From Chloroflexota bacterium (GTDB lineage: Bacteria; Chloroflexota; Chloroflexia; Thermomicrobiales; CFX8): 19,832 nt of DNA. A program made the translations under genes and the position numbers. Numbering within the stretch: the stretch's first letter is position 1; each line of letters starts with the position of its first letter. The notes under the pieces were generated by a model. It had not been told where the DNA came from and did not search any database. It saw only the letters and a program-made list of their open reading frames with translations. Below, piece after piece: positions 15,624 through 19,832 of this stretch. The stretch is from positions 1 through 19,832 of the forward strand of contig QEUZ01000028.1 of the NCBI GenBank assembly GCA_003577355.1, given 5' to 3'.

Positions 15624-15941
15624 GATGCGCTACACGGGCGGATATTGGCGATGTCGCAGCCAGTATGCCTGCGGCTGCGTGCAGCCTGTTTGCCCGCACA
15701 AGGTTGGCGCACTGGGGCTGGCAGGGTTGGGGCAGGATGCTGCGCTGGAATGCTGCTCTCGCAGCGCGTGTTGTGCAAAGCAGCACTGGCGGCGCAAGCA
15801 CGGGGGTATCCGGCATACTGGCTGTGTGCCGTAGCGTGCCAACGGCCCAAGCAGCCGGATACTCAGCCGGTTGTGCGCGGGTCCGCGCAGCCGTCCAGTG
15901 GCCAAGGGTATCCGTGTGCAGAACGTGAGGGGATGGGGAGC

Positions 15942-18236
15942 ATGGGCGAGACGCACGTGATCGGCACGCGCATGCCGCGTGCCGATGCGCCGGCCAAGTT
16001 GCGGGGGCAGGAACGCTTCGCTGGCGACCTGCCGGTGCATGGGCTGCTGCACGCCCGGCCGGTGTTGAGCCTGCAGGCACACGCCCGTCTGAACGGCATC
16101 GATGCCTCGGCAGCCCTGGCCGTGCCGGGCGTCGTGGCGGTGCTGACTGCTGCAGACCTGCCGTTCAGCGGCGGCGGTCCGCCCCGGGCCAACGAATCGC
16201 TGGCACGCACCGAAATCGTCTACGCCGGCCAGCCGGTGGCGCTGGTGATCGCTGAATCCGAAGCAGCCGCTGAAGAAGGCGCGGCGCTGGTGGAGATCCT
16301 GGCGGACGACCTGCCGGTTGTCATCGACCCACTCGCGGCGATGGCCCCCGATGCAGCCCTGGCGCGTGTGCTAACGAAGGCCAGCGAGGACGCCACCGAA
16401 GCCGCGATGCACGGCGTCGCCGCCGGTGGTGTCGTCGATGCGCCGTCCGAGCGCCTGTCCGCTAACGTCAGTGGCCGGACACACCTGCACATGGGGGACA
16501 TTGCGGCCGGGTTTGCTAAAGCAGATGTCACTGCCGAGGGGTCGTTCTCAACTGCCTGGGTGCATCAGGGTTATATCGAGCCACAGACGTGTGTTGCGAT
16601 CCCAAACGGCATGGGTGGCCTGACCTTGCACGCCAGCACCCAGGGCCTGTTCCGCACCCGCCAGCTCGTCGCGCAAACCCTCGGCCTGCCGGAGGACCGC
16701 ATCCGCATCGTCGCGATGCCGGTCGGCGGTGGCTTCGGCGGCAAGTTCGGGTTGGTCGAGCCGCTCACCGCCGGGGCGGCGTTGGCGGTTGGCCGGCCAG
16801 TGCGGCTTGCCTTCACCCGCAGCGAGGACTTGCTGGCCTCCAACCCCGCCTCCGGTGGCCGCATTGAGGTGAAGATCGGCGCGCGGCGCGACGGCCGGGT
16901 GACAGCCCTGCAGGCACGGCTCGTCTTCGATACCGGCGCATACCCAAACTCGCCGATGGCCGCCGCCGCCTTCGCGGTTGCCGGCTGCTACCACTTCCCC
17001 AACCTCGATGTGCGCGGGTACGAAGTGCTGACCAACCGCCTCGGCCCCGGCGCCTATCGCGCGCCGGGCAACCCGCAAGCCAGTTTCGCCGTCGAAGCGG
17101 TGATGGACGATCTCGCAGCCCAGCTCAGCATGGACCCGATCGCCTTCCGCCTGAAGAACGTGCCGGTCGAGGGAGACCCGCGCCCGGACGGCAAGGTCTG
17201 GCCGGTGATCGGGTTGCAGGAGTGCTTGCAGCGCCTCAGCACCCACCCCCTCTGGCAGAAGCGCTGTGCCGGCGGCACTGCCACAAACGGCCGCTACCGC
17301 GAGGGGATCGGGGTGGCGGTCGGTGGCTGGCGCGGCGGGCTGGAGCCGGCGGCGGCGTTCTGCAACCTCGACCCGGCGGGTGTGCTGACCATCGTCGTTG
17401 GCGCGGTCGACCTCAGCGGCACGTTCACCACCTTCCGGATGATCGCGGCCGAAACACTCGGCATCGACTACGAACTCATTCGCGTCGTCAGCGCCGACAG
17501 CTCCAACGCGCCGATCGCTGGCGGTTCCGGCGGCAGCAAGATCATCTACACCGTCGGGCAGGCGGTGCAACGCGCCGCGCTCGACGCCAAGGCGCAGATC
17601 CTCGACTTGGCCTCCAGCGTGCTGGAAGCGGCGCCGGAGGACCTGGAGATCGCCGGAGACAGGGTGCGGGTGAAGGGCATGCCATCCGAACCGGCCTATG
17701 AAATCTCGATCGCCCGCATTGCCCAGCTCACGATTGGCCTCGGCGCGCGCTACGCGCCCATCTCCGGGCGCGGTACCGGTGCGCAGACTGCCAACGCCCC
17801 CGGATTCTCCGCCCACCTGGCGCGGGTTGGGGTTGATCTCGATACCGGCCGTGTTGACGTGCTGGAGTACGTCGCGACACAGGATGTCGGGCGGGCGCTC
17901 AACCCGGCGGCGGTCGAGGGGCAGATCACCGGCGCGGTGGTCCAGGGCATTGGCTGGGGACTCTACGAACAGATCGTGCATGACGACAGCGGCCAAGTGC
18001 TCAGCGGCTCGCTGATGGATTACGCCCTGCCGAAAGCAGACGTCGTCCCGCCGATCGAGACGGTCCTCGTCGAAGTGCCCTCGCCGGACGGCCCATTTGG
18101 CGCGCGCGGCGTCGGCGAACCGCCGGTCATCCCAGTGGCCGCCGCCATCGCCAACGCCATCCAGAACGCTACCGGCGTGCGCCCCACCGCCATGCCAATG
18201 ACGCCGGAATCACTCTGGCGGGCATTGGTGAAGTAA
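15942..18236 (+). CDS. Xanthine dehydrogenase / aldehyde oxidase family molybdopterin-binding large subunit (CoxL/XdhA-like), with no adjacent 2Fe-2S or FAD subunits.
   Basis: It is the C-terminal 764 aa of the artefactual 1250-aa ORF, whose first part is antisense to tgt. MGETHVIGTRMPRADAPAKLRGQERFAGDLPVHGLLHARPVLSLQAHARLNGIDASAALAVPGVVAVLTAADLP is the a/b-hammerhead N-terminus; …GGGFGGK… and the C-terminal …VGEPPVIPVAAAIANAIQNATGVR… are typical of the MoCo-binding domains. Start at ATG 15942 or ATG 15933 (MGS-MGET), with GGGGAG just upstream. Stop TAA 18234..18236. Confidence 0.85.
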   Translation: MGETHVIGTRMPRADAPAKLRGQERFAGDLPVHGLLHARPVLSLQAHARLNGIDASAALAVPGVVAVLTAADLPFSGGGPPRANESLARTEIVYAGQPVALVIAESEAAAEEGAALVEILADDLPVVIDPLAAMAPDAALARVLTKASEDATEAAMHGVAAGGVVDAPSERLSANVSGRTHLHMGDIAAGFAKADVTAEGSFSTAWVHQGYIEPQTCVAIPNGMGGLTLHASTQGLFRTRQLVAQTLGLPEDRIRIVAMPVGGGFGGKFGLVEPLTAGAALAVGRPVRLAFTRSEDLLASNPASGGRIEVKIGARRDGRVTALQARLVFDTGAYPNSPMAAAAFAVAGCYHFPNLDVRGYEVLTNRLGPGAYRAPGNPQASFAVEAVMDDLAAQLSMDPIAFRLKNVPVEGDPRPDGKVWPVIGLQECLQRLSTHPLWQKRCAGGTATNGRYREGIGVAVGGWRGGLEPAAAFCNLDPAGVLTIVVGAVDLSGTFTTFRMIAAETLGIDYELIRVVSADSSNAPIAGGSGGSKIIYTVGQAVQRAALDAKAQILDLASSVLEAAPEDLEIAGDRVRVKGMPSEPAYEISIARIAQLTIGLGARYAPISGRGTGAQTANAPGFSAHLARVGVDLDTGRVDVLEYVATQDVGRALNPAAVEGQITGAVVQGIGWGLYEQIVHDDSGQVLSGSLMDYALPKADVVPPIETVLVEVPSPDGPFGARGVGEPPVIPVAAAIANAIQNATGVRPTAMPMTPESLWRALVK

Positions 18237-18253
18237 CGTGCAACCTCCCCCGG

Positions 18254-18279
18254 CCCCCTCTCCGGCGCGGGAGAGGGGG
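18254..18279. terminator. Perfect 10-bp GC hairpin (ccccctctcc-ggcgcg-ggagaggggg) between the convergent xdh-like and cytochrome c genes; no U-tract.
   Basis: Read directly at 18254..18279. Confidence 0.4.
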
Positions 18280-18317
18280 CGGCACTTGGAAAGGTGTCGC
18301 GGATCGATGCAGCGCGG

Positions 18318-18797
18318 CTACTTCAGGCTTTCGATGTAGGCCACGAGCGCGTCGAGATTGTTGCCGCTGTTGATCGTCGCCAGCTGGTTCTGGACTGCGC
18401 CGGTCATGATGCCTGGCTGGAAGCCGGCGACGATCTGCTTATCCGGGTCGATGATGCTCTCGCGGATGTACGCCGAATCCGCCGTTACCGTCGTGCCATC
18501 GGCCAGTTCGACCTGCCGGCCGGCCAGCCCCTTCCAGGTTGGCCCGACAACAGACGAGCCATCGGTCGAATGGCAGGCGATACAGCCCAACTGGGCCGCA
18601 AGGTCCTTGCCCTGGGCAATCAGCGCCGCCTGGTCCGGCTGCCCACTGGGAGGGGTCGCAACACTTGCCGTTGTGGCCGTCGCCGCCGGGCGCGGGTTGC
18701 TACCGCCGGGAGCCATGACGAGGATGACTGCGACGAACACGACGATGAACACCGCAGCGGCGGCTCCGACCGCGATCCTGGAGGCATTGCGCGGCAT
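18318..18797 (-). CDS. Membrane-anchored mono-haem c-type cytochrome (class I; resembles the C-terminal cytochrome c domain of caa3 subunit II).
   Basis: N-terminal anchor IAVGAAAAVFIVVFVAVILVMA, Pro/Ala/Thr linker, haem motif CIACH, then …GPTWKGLAGRQVELADGTTVTADSAYIRESIIDPDKQIVAGFQPGIMTG…LDALVAYIESLK. Strong SD GAGGAGGGAG upstream of ATG 18797. Confidence 0.8.
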   Translation of the reverse strand: MPRNASRIAVGAAAAVFIVVFVAVILVMAPGGSNPRPAATATTASVATPPSGQPDQAALIAQGKDLAAQLGCIACHSTDGSSVVGPTWKGLAGRQVELADGTTVTADSAYIRESIIDPDKQIVAGFQPGIMTGAVQNQLATINSGNNLDALVAYIESLK

Positions 18798-18812
18798 TGG
18801 CTCCCTCCTCGC

Positions 18813-19832
18813 TTACCAGACCCTGACGCCGGGGGCGTTCAGCTCGATTGGCCAGTATGAGATCAGCACCGGGACGTAGGCGATCAGCACGAGGATGAAC
18901 GCCACTAACGACCACAAGCCGATCCGGTCGAGGATCGCCCAGTTCTCACGCGGGCCGTGGATCGGCGAATGTGCTGGGAACTCGATGGTCTCCGCGCGCT
19001 GCTTGTTGACCAGCGTGCCGATCAGGACAATGAAGAAGAGCAGGCCGCTCACCCCCATGGTCATGCCGCCGATCATCGTCAGCCAGTTCGACACGTCCCA
19101 GCCGGGCAGGTTCATGTCGTTCAACGGCGAGAGGCCAATCGCCGTGCGGCGCGGCATCCACTCCAGCCCGCCGGCGATCTGCCCGCGCGAGAAGATCAGC
19201 ACGCCAATGGCCCAGAGCCAGGCTTGGGCGAGCGCCAGCCGCGGCTGGAACAGCGCCCTGCCAGTGAGATAGGGCACCAGCCAGTAGGAGATGCCCATCG
19301 CCGAGAGCGTGACCGCCGTCCCGACAGTCAGGTGGAAGTGGCCGGGGACGAACGCCGTATTGTGGACGACCTTGTTGACGGTAAACGCGGCGTTCACCAA
19401 CCCGGTCGCACCGCCGAGCAGGAACACAAGCATCGCCAGCAACTGCGCGGTGACGCTGGGGTTGTGCCAGGGGAGCTTGAAGATCCAGCCGAATAGCCCC
19501 TTGCCGCCGGCGCGGCGCCCGCCCATCTCCAGCGCTGCCATGATCGAGAATGCCGTCACCAGGCTGGGGAAGAAAACGGTGAAGGTCAGGACGGCGTGGA
19601 GCGCCTTGAGCCCCTCACCAATGCCCGGGTCGGTGAACTGATGGTGCAGGCCGACCGGCGCTGAGAAGAGCAGGAACAGGATGAAGGCCATGCGGGTGAG
19701 GCCATCGCTGTACAAACGGCCGCCAACCTGCTTCGGGATCATGTAGTACCACGACACATAGACCGGCAGCAGCCAGAAGTAGACGATCGGGTGGCCGGTT
19801 AGCCAGAAGAGGATGCGGTCGAACTGCGGGTC
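18813..19832 (-). CDS. cbaA: ba3-type (B-family) haem-copper cytochrome c oxidase subunit I, 3' portion. The gene continues in frame beyond the window end, so the 5' end is missing.
   Basis: Translation extended to the window edge gives …DPQFDRILFWLTGHPIVYFWLLPVYVSWYYMIPKQVGGRLYSDGLTRMAFILFLLFSAPVGLHHQFTDPGI…VVHNTAFVPGHFHLTVGTAVTLSAMGISYWLVPYLTG…GVRVW*. This is near-colinear with Thermus thermophilus ba3 subunit I (…LFWWTGHPIVYFWLLPAYAIIYTILPKQAGGKLVSDPMARLAFLLFLLLSTPVGFHHQFADPGI…VVHNTAWVPGHFHLQVA…PGWRLW). The listed ORF start (GTG 19757) is just the first start codon in an open frame, not the real start. Confidence 0.9.
   Translation of the reverse strand, partial: DPQFDRILFWLTGHPIVYFWLLPVYVSWYYMIPKQVGGRLYSDGLTRMAFILFLLFSAPVGLHHQFTDPGIGEGLKALHAVLTFTVFFPSLVTAFSIMAALEMGGRRAGGKGLFGWIFKLPWHNPSVTAQLLAMLVFLLGGATGLVNAAFTVNKVVHNTAFVPGHFHLTVGTAVTLSAMGISYWLVPYLTGRALFQPRLALAQAWLWAIGVLIFSRGQIAGGLEWMPRRTAIGLSPLNDMNLPGWDVSNWLTMIGGMTMGVSGLLFFIVLIGTLVNKQRAETIEFPAHSPIHGPRENWAILDRIGLWSLVAFILVLIAYVPVLISYWPIELNAPGVRVW

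Noticed and set aside
15610-15850. ORFs 15610..15834 (+) and 15617..15850 (-) in the tgt/xdh divergent region
   Set aside because: Cys/Arg-rich, overlapping each other on opposite strands, with no SD. The region is more plausibly a structured non-coding leader.
14484-15932. First ~480 codons of the 1250-aa + strand ORF 14484..18236
   Set aside because: This part is antisense to the clearly recognisable tgt gene and translates to Arg/Ala/Gly-rich low-complexity sequence. Only the portion from ~15942 (MGETHVIGTR…) is a real xanthine-dehydrogenase-family protein. Long antisense ORFs are expected at ~68% GC.
15624-15941. Purine, guanine or Moco riboswitch upstream of the xdh-family gene
   Set aside because: I looked for the guanine-riboswitch core (…UAUA…UCGGGAAUAUGGCCC…CCGUAAAUU…GACUAUG) and did not find it. 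I cannot verify a Moco motif by eye, so I reported only the inverted repeats as an unexplained structured leader.
16548-17996. 482-aa minus-strand ORF
   Set aside because: Antisense to the xdh-family gene; Gly/Arg/Ala/Asp-rich junk.
1-19832. CRISPR arrays, tRNA/rRNA genes, IS elements and integrases
   Set aside because: No regularly spaced direct repeats, no cloverleaf-compatible tRNA candidates noticed, no transposase or integrase-like ORFs, and no terminal inverted repeats. The window looks like core chromosome.

Overview
High-GC (~68%) bacterial chromosomal window, gene-dense on both strands. The content looks like a thermophilic Chloroflexi/Thermomicrobia-type genome, but the organism is not established. 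I support 15 protein-coding genes from the sequence. (1) A 5'-truncated hypothetical gene carrying a perfect 19-bp tandem duplication that frameshifts its 3' end. (2) A Crp/Fnr-family regulator. (3) A small SHOCT-like membrane protein. (4) A zinc-ribbon/TM/Pro-Thr-repeat protein with two tandem C-terminal beta-rich domains. (5) A leaderless family-5 solute-binding-protein homolog translationally coupled (ATGA overlap) to (6) a cytoplasmic S9 (prolyl-oligopeptidase family) serine peptidase. (7) Divergent from that pair, a 1395-aa secreted S8 subtilase with a large insertion between catalytic Asp and His and a C-terminal PPC-like domain. (8) An Arc-type ribbon-helix-helix protein coupled to (9) an SPFH/band-7 membrane protein, behind an AT-rich palindromic promoter island. 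(10) A CrcB/FluC fluoride channel preceded by (11) a recognisable fluoride riboswitch (crcB motif). (12) A DinB-family protein. (13) Queuine tRNA-ribosyltransferase (tgt). (14) An orphan xanthine-dehydrogenase-family molybdopterin-binding large subunit with a structured leader. (15) A membrane-anchored c-type cytochrome. (16) The 3' part of a ba3-type (B-family) cytochrome c oxidase subunit I that runs off the window end. No rRNA, tRNA, CRISPR array or obvious mobile element is present. Most of the long ORFs in the six-frame track are antisense or N-terminal-extension artefacts of the high GC content. The most unusual content is the leaderless SBP-like/S9 pair next to the giant S8 protease, the SPFH-RHH coupled pair with its dyad-rich promoter, the frameshifting 19-bp duplication, and the riboswitch with a non-canonical pseudoknot.
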